Positions 13,674 to 28,340 of a stretch of 64,000 bases of DNA are shown piece after piece; within the stretch, counting starts at the first letter, position 1, and every line of letters starts with the position of its first letter. The notes beneath the pieces were generated by a model. The model did not search any database. It had not been told where the DNA came from and was given only the letters and a program-made list of their open reading frames with translations. This DNA is from Octopus vulgaris (Eukaryota). The translations under genes were made by a program, and so were the position numbers. The stretch lies in contig OX597825.1 in NCBI GenBank assembly GCA_951406725.2, forward strand, positions 8,184,001 to 8,248,000, given 5' to 3'.

Positions 13674-14011
13674 ACATTATCATACATGGCAAACCCAATT
13701 GAAAAACTGACCAACATGGAGAATACTTATCAAGATATGCCAAAGTCATGAAGTCATGGTCGTAAACGACTGACTGCAGGTAATAAAAAAAGAATATCTC
13801 TGGAATTAAGCTCGAAATATTCTCATTCTCAATGTAAATCACTAGTGTTATGTCCCAGTTACAATTCTGTATTGCAATGTTTTAAGTTTATAGAATTATT
13901 CAGTCGACTCTTCGATATTTAGTTTGTACAAATTGAGAAGTCCACAATAATCTTAGTAAATTCCAAGTACGCACTGTCACCGTTCCTAACTCCTCTACTT
14001 GTCGTTTTGAA

Positions 14012-14158
14012 GGGTATCCTGCTGTAGAAACCAAGCCACATCAGACCAAGGAATCTAGTGTGGGCCTTCGGTTTGCCAGCTCCTGTCAATCACTCCATCC
14101 TATGCTGGGAAGAAAATCGGATGTTGAAGGATGATGAGGAAGAGGAGGAAGAGGAGGA
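14012..14158 (+). mobile_element. Decayed LINE/SINE 3' end with (GAT/GAG)n tail
   Basis: atcctgctgtagaaaccaagcc...atgctgggaagaaaatcggatgttgaaggatgatgagg ends in a trinucleotide tail, like RTE-type 3' ends. Confidence 0.4.
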
Positions 14159-14297
14159 TATATGCTTACAAGGCAGACTACGCTGATACGCATGTATACG
14201 CAGATATGAGTATGACTGTGATAAAAATACAAGCTTTTCTAATGTAAATGCATGTATCGTATCCGTATGTGACACTATATTAATGGCACATATATTA

Positions 14298-14529
14298 GGG
14301 GCGGCGAGCTGGCAGAAACGTTAGCGCGCCGGGCGAAATACTTAGCGGCATTTCGTCTGTCGTTACGTTCTGAGTTCAAATGCCGCCGAGGTTGAGTTTG
14401 CCTTTCATCCTTTCGGGGTCGATAAATATAGTACCAGTAACGCACTGGGGTCGAGGTAATCGACTTAATCCGTTTGTCTGTCCTTGTTTGTCCCCTCTGT
14501 GTTTAGCCCCTTGTGGGCAGTAAAGAAAT
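14298..14529 (+). mobile_element. tRNA-derived SINE family A, full length
   Basis: A-box-like tggcagaaacgttag, B-box-like gagttcaaatgcc and central gcctttcatcctttcggggtcgataaa..agtaccag (resembles the Meta/MESC SINE core). TSD atatatta at 14290-14297 and 14530-14537. Confidence 0.92.
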
Positions 14530-16319
14530 ATATATTAATGACACTGCAATGATCGACTGAAATCCCCTTAGTATATAAATCTATAGCTTCTCTGTGGAAT
14601 AGAAACTTACGTCAGATTAGATTAGATGAAGATATTTGAACTCACGTTGTAAACGATGTGAAGCGCTGACATTGAGTGAAATGTTTTAAACATTAACCGA
14701 GTACGTTTGGTGTGATTGTGACGTCATTGAAATAAAGACACCGTATTTGCTTACAATTGATTCATTGCTCGATTTTGACAATAAGTAACATACTTGTTAA
14801 TATTCGTGTATTTCCCACAGCAGCTCTTTCTGACCTTGCATTAATCTCTTTTATTCTCTGGTTCCCTTTTCAATATTTATTACACAACATGTCCCTAGAC
14901 ACAATACTCTTATTCCTACAAACATCCACAATAGGGAAATATCTGTTAAATCCATGATTTGTACAAGCAGACACACAACACACGTGTATGGTGTCTGAGA
15001 GGGAATGTCGTTTATCTGTTGGCTTGTTTATTCACTTGACTTATTTCGGAAGTAAAACTTTTCACAAACCAACACAAATACTTAGAATGATACGATAAAC
15101 ATTTTATAAAAACAAAAGAAGAAAAAGAAGAAAAATGAAAAAAAAAACGGGAGGGGGTGCAAAAAATAAGGAAACCGTAAGAAAATAAACGCAAAACAAA
15201 ATTCAGACACATTGATTTCCAATAAAAAGTTTCTATACTTTAATCCGTAGAGATTTATCATACACAAACATAGTTTGTCTTTGAATTGTATATGTAGAAA
15301 TGTAAAGACATATGTTTAATACGACTAAAAGAAAAAAAAGAAAAAAGAAACATCTATAGATCTATATAAACGCATGGATATAATTAAAAACAAAATGGCA
15401 CAACGTTCCTTCCTAGAAATGTATTTCTATGGACATTACTAAACCATATGAAAAAAATGTAAAAAGGAAAGAAGCGATTAGATATAATCAGTATAGAGTA
15501 GAATACAGTATTAGAGGCTATAATACATTGTAATATAATTTGTTCCTAAGTAACGTCTTCTGCAAAAAGGGATATCTCTCTGTCTAAGTAATAAAACATG
15601 GAAATATTTATATATCTGAGTGTACATAAATATGTTTGGAATATAAAGGTAGACAATCTAAAGTAATTTAACTAAAAAGGCATAATATACGAGTATGTTT
15701 ACCTAATGTATATGTGTACAATGCACGAATATATTTACCTAACGTATATATATATGTATATGCAATAGATATGAATATGTTTAGCGTATTTATATCTTTC
15801 AGTCGAAAGATATGATTTACTTCGTTGTTTCTTTTGTGTGACAAGAGCAGCATATAATGTATCAAAGTTCATATATTCAGCTACAAATATGCATACTCAG
15901 AGACACATACGCCGAAATGCACAAAGACGTACACATTCATACGTACAGACAGAGACATACGAACACATTCAATCACACAGCTATATACATATATACATAC
16001 GCACACGTGAATGTATGGTTTTTGAACATAATATAGTGATAAGTTATAGACATATGAAGTTATACAAGATATGGAAGTACGTATAAGTATCTTTCATTCT
16101 CTTTCTCCCTCTTTATACATACATGTAGAGGGATGTGTATACGTTCATACACACAAACACTCACACGTATGTGGCTGTATGGTCAGGGGATTGATTTAGG
16201 ATTCAGTCTTACTGAGATCGAAATTGACCGATGAAAGCTTTCTTAGTAGACATGACAGGCAGATGTTGTCCAATGTCCATTGTATACAGATATAGCTATA
16301 TATATATATATATAAGCTT

Positions 16320-16950
16320 TTAGCGACAATTTCGCCCCTCCCCATATAATTTTTTCCTAAATTCCTTCTGATTTCTATGTCTTCGATACAGGAGATTAGG
16401 ATTTCGCCCCCAAAAAAAACACGTTCTCAATATTTCAATTTTACCCCTCCCTGCACCAAGTTTTCCAAAATTTATTCTTTTACATTTTTACAAAGTTTAT
16501 TCTTGGTAATCCCCAGAGAAAAATCAGAATCTTTAAGAATTGTGTCGTTCCTTTTTTCTTAAAGAAAGATTAAAATCTCCTTCACAAACATCCACCTGTC
16601 ACGTCATCACCTTCAAAAACCTACAAACTCCCAATGTTTCACTTTTAGCTTTTTGGAAAGCGGAAGCTTTTCTTGAGAAATGATGTCGTTTACCTATTGT
16701 TTCTAGCATGTCGTGTTTTCTGGTGGTACTCTAAAAAAATTTTACGCCTGCTCTTTCATCACAATTCTACGCATGCGTGAAATATCAGACGAAAGTGAAA
16801 CAGTGGGAGATTTTAGCTTTTTTGAAAATGGGTAGATGATGGGTGGGCGAGGTGGGGGAAGGGGCATTGGGCGTCTCCTTAAGGGACGGGGGGGGGGGAA
16901 TTAACATTTTGAAACGTGATTCCTGGGCAAAAGCGTATTAAGCCCCTATA
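16320..16950. mobile_element. Probable non-autonomous DNA element with internal inverted repeat
   Basis: 16605-16646 (catcaccttcaaaaacctacaaactcccaatgtttcacttt) pairs with 16792-16838 (aaagtgaaacagtgggagattttagctttttgaaaatgggtagatg). Boundaries uncertain. Confidence 0.35.
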
Positions 16951-17342
16951 TACGATGAAACAGTACGTAGTTTGTGATCCTTCTTCAAAACGGAAATCAC
17001 TCTCATGCAAACACATGCACATTGTACCCACCCTATCATTTTTAAACAAACAATAACTTCCATTAAGCCAGTAATCCAGTTCATTCTATATCACCTGTGC
17101 CGATTTTGTCCATACGAGAGGAACAAATAATACATACAATGGAGCTGTAGATCCTAACATCCCGGGCAATGCCGGGATGAATTGGCAGTGTATGTCTACC
17201 TCTCTCTCTCTCTCTCTCTATATCTATATATATATATATATATATATATGTATTATGTAAGTTTCTATCTGTGAATATATATATGTATATTTCTATGTGT
17301 TTATATTCATATATATATATATATACATGTATGTATACGTAC

Positions 17343-17408
<66 letters not shown>

Positions 17409-18367
17409 TCATACATACACACTGTAAGAAATACGAACAGAAAGAATGAGAGTTTGTAAGATTTCCAATTGTAATCCTGAAAATGAATGTTTATCAAAAT
17501 TTCAGCTCAAACATTGGTGATATCAGATGTACTAATAATATTAATATTACATAATCCTGGAATTTTATGAATATTTATCAAGTAATCGTTGTTTCTTCTT
17601 TGAGTAGCAATTGAGTTACTGCTTAAATGCTCGAACATCAGTTTCCGAATGCATCAATACTGCATTCCTCTCTATGAAATCTATGGAATATCAGGTGTGG
17701 CTAGCGAATCCGATTGCTTATTTGTTTATTCTGCATTTCGTTATGTCAATGCTCTTCGCTTTCAAATACATTCCTAGTTTATTTATATCCTACACCTCAG
17801 TGTTATCCAATAGGATTGTAGCTTTAAATGCAATATAGTGGTTTAACATTGATGACCTAACAACCACAAAAAAATTAGATTGAGTGAACTGTACTGACAT
17901 TAGTTGGAACGATATTACGTAAGTATATGTTCCGGTTGTTTGGGTATTGTGTTGAAATCACGGCGAAGTAACCTCTACCTTTCATCAGTCCAGTAGAGGT
18001 ATACACTAGCATTCTTCGCTCAGAATTCTTCCTGCCTAAATGCGAAATGATTATATAATCATATTTATTCCACTGAATGTATTTTATTCCTGACAGATAC
18101 AACAAATCTGCATCAAGTAATGATTGCAAATGGTTGTGAAAATACAGATACCGGATACCGACATCTCTACAAAACTTATACGCTCAATTTTCGTTTACTG
18201 CTTTTATTTCGAGATATAATCTGGACTGCTATCAGCACTGATAAAGTGAGAAATAATTTACTCACCTGTCAATATGTTTAGACGTATAAATCAACTAAGC
18301 TGTGAGAATTAAATAACTAAACGAGTTTCGATTACTTGAAAATATGAAATATTAGGAATCGTTCTCA

Positions 18368-18700
<333 letters not shown>

Positions 18701-20059
18701 GTCTGTCCGTAGGTCTGTCTTTCTGTCCCTATACATATACAATATATGTTTATATATATATGACTCAGATACCTTGATAACTTAGGTATCTTTGAACCAA
18801 AACTGGTCCAGGCCATTGACCAATATAACTTGATAGCACCATCTGATAGGATTTGCTAAATATATTTTAAGTCAAGTTTTGTGGTATCATGGCCCATTCG
18901 AGTAGGGAATTCTGGTTGAATGATGGTAGATTGTAATTCTAGTTTGATAAATGTTACTAAACATAGCAGCATAGTCATACATGTATTGTACACATACTTT
19001 ACACTATGTCTGTGTGTTGGCGCGCACGTGTTTGTGTGTGTATGTGTCTGTGTTTGTCTGCGTGTGTGTATGTATGTATGTGTGTGTGTATGTGTGCGTA
19101 TGTATGTATGTATGTATGCATATTTAGATACTGAATTATATTTCGGCCATCATTGGCCGAGGTTTTCGTCCGAGGGATAAGTGTATGGTTGCTTGTGAGA
19201 AGCACCTTTACCGAAACGGATTAATTCAAATATATTTTCGTTTCGCTGCAAATGCTTGCGTTTTTCCGTCCATTGGATAACATCGAGCAGATCCGATTGA
19301 AGATTAATCCGGCCTCCTGACGATAGTCAGAAGCATAGTCACCCGTAAAGATTGTAATGCTTCTCTGTTTGATGTCATAAATATAAATATAAAAGGAATG
19401 GTCCCAATACAGTGATTTGCAAGACCCCACTGATGAATCTAGCTGAACTTGATCAACCATCATCGATCACCACTTACTGGATTCTGTTCAACAGCAAAAA
19501 TTCAATTCACCTTGTTTCCATCCGACTCCTCCACTCCCATGATCGGATGCTGTGTGCAACCTTATCGATGGCCTTGATGAAATCACGATAGTGACACTTA
19601 CATTGGAACCCCCATACCCCAGGCCCAATAGGATGTCATCAAAGTGATGGTGATGCAGGAGCACACTCTGCCTTTGCTGGAAGCATGCTGGATGAGAATA
19701 AGTAGGATGTTTATTTCCAGAAAGTGAGTTCCTCAACATATCACCACTCTGCCGAATAATTTGCCAATATGAGTTGTAATTAAATTTAGCCACCCATCAT
19801 TAAAAGACTTTTCACATCAGCATTGTTGTTAATTTTCATGAAGGATTCTGTGAAATACATTTGTGGCACTTGAGTTTGCCTGCTGAGCACAGTTATTGCT
19901 AAATCATTAATTTCGTTATACACAAAACACTGATTCACAATAAACATTGGAAAATAAAAGATTTTACTTGAAATGAGTCGTGAAGGGAAACAACATATCC
20001 TTCCCTATTTCTACAGGTGTAGTCTGAGGCAATGGTGATATAATTCCTCACTTTTACTT

Positions 20060-20292
20060 CAGCCAAACGGCACTCCGCCGGTTATGGCTTCGATCTGATT
20101 AACTGAACTGCGTGCTCGAGAAATTAACATGCAAGTTGCTCCGCACTCCACAAATACGTGGGTCCTTAACGTACTTTACAAAGAGATTCGGCGTTACACA
20201 GTGTGAGAAGGCCGGCCCTTTGAAATACAGGTACTTCTCATTTTTGCCAGCTGAGTTGGCTGGAGCGTTGCTAGGATTTAAACACACGACCG
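20060..20292 (-). mobile_element. Decayed SINE (distinct family)
   Basis: GC-richer island whose minus strand begins ggtcgtgtgtttaaatcc (B-box-like), followed by cagctggcaaaaatgagaagtacctgtatttcaaagggccggcc. Confidence 0.5.
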
Positions 20293-21477
20293 AAATTTCA
20301 ATACCTTACGAAATAATTAAGGGAAAATAAGCAGAAGTTAGTGTCCACAGTGGTGCACTTTCGTTCAGGTGTGAAGTGCCATCACCGATAAAATATCTAT
20401 AAATATTTCGTCCCTAAACGCTCTTGTTGTCGTATTTCTGTCCATTAATTCCTACATTAGCTGTGCAAGTAAGAACTGTACAGGTTTTATTGAACGGGAA
20501 AGAAACGAAATGCACACACGCCCATACACAAACGTACACTTATATGTTTGTCTTTGTGTAAATCTATGTGTATATTTAAGATTGTGTGTGTCTGTGTATT
20601 TGTATGTGTGTGTGTGTCTGTGTGTGTGTGTGCACGTGAGAGAGTGAGTGTGTAGCATAATCTACACACACACACACATATCCTTTGGGACCCAACAGCC
20701 CCAAGGGAAAACATCAACGTTAGCTGTAACAACAACAATAGATGCGAATTGAGTAGGTACGACAGAAGCAGCACGCAAACACCAACTGTAGCTGTAGTAA
20801 TAGTAGTAATAGTAGCAGCAGCAGCAACAACTCAACGAACATCCACTACGACTCCGATAACAAGAATGACAGCAGTACTAACAGCACCAGTGACAGGCAG
20901 AGAAGCAACATGAACAAAGGCACTAATTACCACGGGAACACCCCTACTACTAGAATACCGTCTAACCTAACACCCTGTCTTTTACTCTTTCTCTCTCACT
21001 CTGCGTTTCAAATGCAAACATACTGACGGAAAACACAGCTCCACTCCCAACGCGTCGGATCTTTCCGACATACGATGGTCTTCCTGCTTGGAGGAGAACG
21101 AACCATAAATGCGAAAAAAAAAAAAGAAGCAACATATCTTTAAAATTTTACATAACAGGTAGTCTGTAAACGAACCATGCAATCACGACCGTATCATGAA
21201 GTCATAAATGCACCACACAGTCAAATACAGAACGACAACGCTACCAAAACTATCACCATCGCACATTGATACAGAAGAAGAAAGATATATAGAAGTAGGA
21301 ACACAAATACAACATCAATAAAACACATTTACAGCAAACTCTGTATTGAGAGTCAGCAAGAATCAAAATCAGATTTATTGCAGAAAAGGAAGATCAATCA
21401 AAGAGATTGATAGGTCTTCGGAGCCAGCATATTCAATGTGGCACAGAATTTGAAAATAATAATGCTTTGAAAATAAT

Positions 21478-21960
21478 TATAGGTTGTCCACATTTCCATG
21501 AAGTCGGTTAGAGAGACCTCAAACTTATGGATTGTACAGTAGTCCGAGATAGCTTCCATTGGGAGCGACTCAGTTATTGGCGGTTGAACGCTTCATTTGT
21601 ATCACTGCTGAGCTGTGTAGTTATATCGAATAGCAGCTTTCACAGATCCAGCTATTTGATGGGTCCACCACCCGACGTTTTCCCCACTGCCCTTATTAGA
21701 CTTCGAAAGTCAGGCTTCTTTTTTATATGTCTGGTGTCATAAGCAACAGAAGTTGCGTTTCAGTCAAAAAGGTTACCTTTGAGCCAAGCTCCTGTTGGCC
21801 TTTAAAAGTTGCACTTGGAAAGGAGGTCGAATGGCTAGAGAGGTTCAGTCTCCTGTAAGTTAGGAAAAAGGAAGGTGAATGTAGCAAGAATGCACGAGTG
21901 CATGGACCTAATCTAAGCATGCATCTGTTGGGTGAAATGCACGAAGGGCTTTCGGTATTA
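21478..21960 (+). mobile_element. L1/Tx1-clade LINE ORF2 remnant (end of endonuclease domain)
   Basis: IGCPHFHEVG*RDLKLMDCTV...SYWRLNAS corresponds to the SDH...YWKLNxS motif pair of Tx1/L1 ORF2. Confidence 0.55.
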
Positions 21961-22682
21961 CAATGGTACCCCTTGGGATCAGGTTGACGCAATATCTATG
22001 GGTCTCCGTGTAGATTTATCGTTGGTAATATTTCCTATTTTTGAATTTTACTTGTATAATTTTCTTTCCAAAAGTTATTGTTTTTGTTATTTACAGCGCA
22101 TTTTGTTTTTCTATATAGGTGACATTAAAAGGATATGATATTCATTGCACTTCCTAAGTCTGGTATCAGAGTATTGATGTTCACGTTTTACTGTATAAAT
22201 TTGTGTTAATAATAGCAAAAAGATAAGTCACAGAAACGTAACATCTTGTTAAAATGTCTAAGCCAGAACATCTGTTGCAACACGGGGATTTACATGAGGA
22301 ACTAGATAAACGAAATCACAAAATCAATACATGCATACATACAAGCATGCATACATATACATATGCATACATATATACATACATACATACATGCATACAT
22401 ACATGCATACATACATACATGCATGCATACATATATACATACATATGTACATATATACATTCATCCATACATACATACAAACAAACAAAAATATCCTGTT
22501 GTTGAAATTGCAATGAAGGAGACTTGAATCTAGGTTAGAAACCGGTTCTTTTCTGTATTGGCAACAAATCTTGAAATAAACTCAATAATGACACACACAC
22601 ACACACACACACATATGTGTATATATATATATAGAGAGAGAGTAGTGGTGTAACAAAGCACCAATGTTTACTGGAAATATAT

Positions 22683-23720
22683 ATATCAAGTCATCCCATA
22701 AGTTCTGTCCAATTTTTAACTTTTTTAAAATTGAATGAAATTTAATAGTATTTAGAATTTAAAATGGAATTTACATTATTTTTATACATTTTGTACATCT
22801 AAACTAATTAAGTATTATTTTACAGAAAATACATCGATGGTTGTCGGTTTTTGCATCGTGCAATTTATCATTTAACTATCACATGAAAGATAATTGAATA
22901 ATGTGACGACCGGCGAATACAAATCTTGCTTTAATGGACCACTTCGTTCACTCCACCTGTTTGGCAATATGGTAATCGGAATAGGACTTAAATTATTTTG
23001 GTAGCATCCCAACCTCCTGAAAATAAAACTAACCATATTCAAAAACCTCTTGAATGCTTGGCGCAACGGATTGTCTCAGCATGTTTGGGTAAATGGTACA
23101 ACAGTACCGTAAAAATTGTCGGTCTATTTTACTGATAAACCTCACCAACTGTAACCCCTGCTAAATTAATATTATGTTTATCGTAATATGCGGTTTCTCA
23201 AGTCCCAAGTAAGTGCAACTGTAGCGTTTAAGTGAGCCACTTAATTTAGATGCATTCCCTTCACAGCAAGGAATCTTTGTTTGAAAGATTGAATCTTCTA
23301 GTCCTCGTTTCAAGCAGTACTCACAAATCTCTTCTCATTGGTCCAGATTATCTTCATTAAGAGCATGAACTCTTGTTAGAATATAACCTTTACAGTTACA
23401 AGTCCCCAGGATACGATGGGCGCCAGATTGGGGATTTTTTTATCTCATGGCTTATTTTCTGCCAAAATTTGCATGAAATTTTGCAATATGTTTTAGTACA
23501 CTTCGATTTACTGGGTCGTTGACAGCTGAGCTCGTTGATGACGGCGGTCTTCCAGAATGTTTTCTACCGACAAGTGGTTCAATCTGCTTCAAAATTATCT
23601 TCAATTTGAATAATACCAAGTCAAGTTGGTGAACTCCCTCCTAAATTATATTTGCATCTTCCAACTACGGCTTAGGGCAAATTGTCTTTCTTCAATGATT
23701 GGTCAAGCTCCTTTCATTAT
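22683..23720 (-). mobile_element. Tc1/mariner DD41D (rosa)-like transposon remnant
   Basis: Minus strand gives RILGTCNCKGYILTRVHALNEDNLDQ*EEICEY, then KLSGSLKRYSCTYL (cf. KLNGxVNRHNCxYW), then ILPNRWSERSGPLKQDLYSPVVTLFNY...KPTTID (cf. FPxRWIGRxGxxxWPPRSPDLTPLDF). TIR-like caagtcatcccataagttctgtcc after TA at ~22685. Confidence 0.8.
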
Positions 23721-24369
23721 TTCCACTTATCTAAACCGAACAAGAAATGAAAATTGAGTTAATAACTGTTTAAATAGTAAATTAAGTTTTGGCACATACA
23801 CTCTCACTTCATATAAAGAGATAGAGATAGATACAGAGATAGATACAGAGAGCGAGACACAGACAGAGTGAGAGAAATAGATAGAGAGAGACAGAGACAG
23901 AGACAGAGACAGGGACATAGATAGAAAATGAGATCATGTATATTTAGAAATTTACCATAATTAAAATTCCACAAATGACTTTATATTTCCGACATGTCAG
24001 TACAATCTTGTATGCAATGAACGTTCTGGATGAAATTTTGTTCACGGATCTAGAAAGATCTTGAATTTGAAGGATGTTAAGCTGAAGGCAAGTATAGATT
24101 GCACAATGTATTATATAGATTTTCCTTTAACGCTCTAAGCTTCTCTATATACTATGCCAACTGTAACAGCAACGATCCGAGCAGTGTTATATTCCTGCTT
24201 TCTGGTGAATTTAGGCAAATTCCGCCAGCCAATCTAAATAGTAGACATTCTAACAAACTGACAACATACATCCCAGAAAGTTCTATTTCCAAACGAGAGA
24301 AAAATACCTTTTACCAAATTGAGATTAGCATTTAGTTGATGTATTATTGTTTTCAAAATGTTTCTATAA

Positions 24370-25090
24370 AGACTTGGCAGTCGTCAGTGACGATGTGAGA
24401 TCGAGCGCCTAAACACCAAAAACCAACAAGCTTGCGGAAAAATTCATTCCAGCATTAGAAAGATCTGAAAGTTTTTTCTAAGCATTCACATAACCACGGG
24501 GACCATGAATGGACTTTTAAAGTCATATTCTTGCTTTCCAAAATGTCATTGTTCCGATTATAAATGCACCATAATTCAGCATGTACCAGTGCCAGCCAGA
24601 TTATGTAACCATCTTACAATGTGGTTGATTGACCCCCAATCAAAGCTTTCCTTAAATATTTTCAGCCATTTGCAACCCTTCTCCATTATCTGAAAGTGAA
24701 TGTACTGGGAGTATCCTTTAGAATTCTACGCAATTTGGATATTGCGAAATATCTTATTCTTCAAATGATTGAAACTTATATTATGACTAAATCTGCCAAG
24801 TTCTTTTCATTCAATTAATTTCCCTCAACACATCTGAAATAATATTTCTTTTTCGTTCATGCACCCTGAAGTGACCACTGGTACTGTGATATTATGTGAG
24901 CATAAACATGTCTTTCAGGATTGGTTCTTTAGAACTAATGAGTCTGTTACTTCTCCGGCTATATCTACTTTGCATACTCTGTTGTCGAGTGAAACAGAAA
25001 TATTTCCATTACATCAACGAATTGCAGACGAAATGTTTCCATTGCACAATTCTTGCTCAATAATCCACATTTCTTCAAGAAGTGGCTCTG
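24370..25090 (-). mobile_element. CRE-like non-LTR retrotransposon RT remnant (tentative)
   Basis: Minus-strand fragments GNISSAIR, SLDNRV...DSLVLKNQ, GSINHIVRWLHNL, GAFIIG and KVHSW occur in the order expected for CRE-clade RTs. Heavily disrupted. Confidence 0.4.
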
Positions 25091-25888
25091 TTTTATATGT
25101 TATAAATTAGTTTGGAACTGCAAGCGTAAGTTAAGTACAAAGTAAAAATACCATTTTTAAAGACAGAATATTGGAATTATGAAGAAACTCTGAACACTGA
25201 AAAAGTTCACCTATAATAAAAGTCAGAAAAAAATCAAATTCGTTTATGTAGTTCTCTTAAAATAAATATATGTGCAAAATATGATTACTCAGAAAGCAGC
25301 GCATAAAAAAAAAGACATTTGCTCTAATTTATGTTCTTTAAGTTTAGACATATATAGGAAAAGAGCAAAGAGTGATCTGAAATATTTTAATTAATTGATA
25401 TAATCATTGCACTTTGAAGTTAAGAAGCCAGTTTGGATATCACGAAAATCTAAACGAAAAAAATAATCAGGTAAGGAAGGTAATTCCAATAAAATTATTT
25501 AATCCAAGTTTTGGAAACATTTTGTCGTCTATCCATTACTGATATATATATATATATATATATATAACGAGCGCATTTACTTTTCTTTTCTCTCCCCTTC
25601 TATATAAATATTTGATAATTCTACAGAAAATACATTCAGAAATAATGCCATAATCATCTTTAACAAGATCGAAACATTTCCGTTCTACTAAAGAGGCACT
25701 TAGTATCTAATACATTGTCTCTGGTTGATCCAACATCGAATTAATAGATCTAAGACTCTCTGTTATCCTCGCAATTTATAAATATTCAATGCATTTCAAA
25801 TCGAATAATTGTGTTCGTGTTGCGAGAGCAGTCGAAGATGGTTGAAATTATCGTGCGTGTTCCTATATTTCATATGAGGTAATCTGTC

Positions 25889-25948
<60 letters not shown>

Positions 25949-26294
25949 CATTCTGCCTAAAAAAATGGATCTACAACTTCAATATCTCTACATATCTCAC
26001 ATCTAATTTCTTTCCTCCACCTCACTCTCTATTTTGTATCCTATCTAAACTAACTATTGCTTACCCATCCTCTCACACCATCTCCGATAAAGGGATATAC
26101 TTAATAAATATCCTGGAAACAGCTGTAAAACCTTCTATCTATAAATGTTCTAATATCTACACACCGTTGGCTTTTTATCTCCTTACGCAAAAAATTCTTA
26201 TATGTATATATATGTAAGTATATATATATATATATAGGATGGCGAATATATAAATACATATATAAGTATGCGCATGCCTTTGTATATGTATGCA

Positions 26295-26610
26295 TAGGTT
26301 TTTAAAAAATTCGCGCCTAGATATCGAGAGTTTGGGAATCGAGTTATCGTCCATCGAGGTACAATTTGATCACGAGTCAATGGCGTTATGTGATTCTATG
26401 TATAATTTCAGTCAGGACAGGGATGACGACTGCACACTATGTCTCCATATTATGTCGAGTATGAAGATTTTGCTTCTCCATCATTGTGCGATGTCATTGG
26501 ATAGAAAGCAAAATGTGATAGTGGATAACATTAGTGAAATACCTTACTTGTTTGTATGCAACAGGCAGTTAATTTTTATATGTTTATGTATGCGATTGCA
26601 TGCTGGAATG
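26295..26610 (+). mobile_element. Possible RTE 3' remnant
   Basis: RLDIESLGIELSSIE...DHES(W)R...FVCNR loosely matches the RTE C-terminal region and zinc finger. Confidence 0.3.
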
Positions 26611-27149
26611 TGAGCCGCAATAGTGTACAGTCTTTGTTTGGTATTCCGTTGCACCTTCTTTAGTCGAGTAGTTTGTCAGAAGATTCTGAACCGGGTGGTT
26701 TCTTCTTTTGCGTATCAATCCAATGTTTTATTTACCGGAATCTGTTTGGCATTCAGGACCGTTTATTTGATATTTAAAAAAAATCCAAGAGAACAATCTT
26801 TTCGTATGACGAGTTCCTGTTTGTTCCTTGGAATCTTTGATTGATGCTTGATATTTAATGGTATAAGTGGAAATTATTGACGAACATGTTACCTAACGCT
26901 TGAATCAACTAACTAGACATCATTTCGACTGATGGCATAATCCTTTATAAAAGTACCAAATTTTCACACCCTAGTCAGGCAATAGTTTCTTCGTCCCCAC
27001 AACATATGAAAATCATTAGGTTGCGAAACCGGTTAAAATACCTGTAAAGAAATCTTAAAAGAAAAAACAGCGCATTTCAAAAATTTGTTATATATATATG
27101 GAATATAAATACATGTAAAATATATGAATAAATACATATGTGTACGCAA

Positions 27150-27207
<58 letters not shown>

Positions 27208-27913
27208 ATGTATGTATGCATATGTAAATGTATATATGTGTGTATATATAAATATATAAAGATATATATATGTATATATATACATATACAGTCATACATG
27301 CATACATATGTATTTTGAAAAAAAAAATCTAAGTGTAAATTAATATAAACATTATAAAGATACTCAAAATGTGAATCAATATATTGGTGATGTGTAGCAA
27401 ATTTGAATGAATGCAATATATAGTTCGTGGTTATTTCTTTTTCTGCTGAAATCTATACAAATCAACGCATATGTTGAGTTAACAAAGACAAAACTTATCG
27501 ACTGCGACTGAGACAGCAACAAGCAGTAACAACATTATGATGAAATATATCCTTCTTGATCACAGAGAATGAACAAAATATAAAATAGATAAAATTACCA
27601 TTAATGAAGAAAAAAAATCTGTGATATTGGCGCTTTGGGTTTTGATTTTTAGAAATTTTTTTAATAATCTTATTTAATATACATTTAATTTTAAGTTCGT
27701 TTATATTTTTTTACAAACGCTATTGATCGATATTTTACCGCCTCACATCTAAGAATTAAAGAATTCGAATCGTTAGTCCTGATGGCAAATTATTGCGTAT
27801 GTATCTGGTCTCCTACAAGCATGCCGTCGTTTTGAATAGCACTAATATTTTAATGACCTTTACTGACGTGAAAAATAAAGCATATATATCACTGAGATTG
27901 AACCATACATCAT

Positions 27914-27957
<44 letters not shown>

Positions 27958-27986
27958 AGTGTATGTGTGTATGTATTTATATATAC

Positions 27987-28020
<34 letters not shown>

Positions 28021-28101
28021 GTGTGTGTGTTTGTGCGTATGTGTGAGTGCATTCATATCCATATATTCATACACATATATACTTATATATATGTGTGTGA
28101 G

Positions 28102-28139
<38 letters not shown>

Positions 28140-28245
28140 TCTGTATGTGTGAGTCTGTGTGTGTGTATGTATATCATGTATGTATGAAAAATAAGCGGAT
28201 TTCGTCTCAGATATCTTACATAGCATCGACAACATCATTTCGATC

Positions 28246-28246
<1 letters not shown>

Positions 28247-28338
<92 letters not shown>
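28247..28338. repeat. (TAA)n microsatellite
   Basis: Seen directly. Confidence 0.95.

Positions 28339-28340
<2 letters not shown>

Noticed and set aside
18096-18280. ~60-codon plus-strand open frame after a possible acceptor
   Set aside because: No recognisable protein motif and a weak donor; length is compatible with chance.
20757-21026. ~90-codon Ser/Asn/Thr-rich open frame
   Set aside because: Degenerate (AGC/AGT/AAC) trinucleotide sequence with no splice or homology support.
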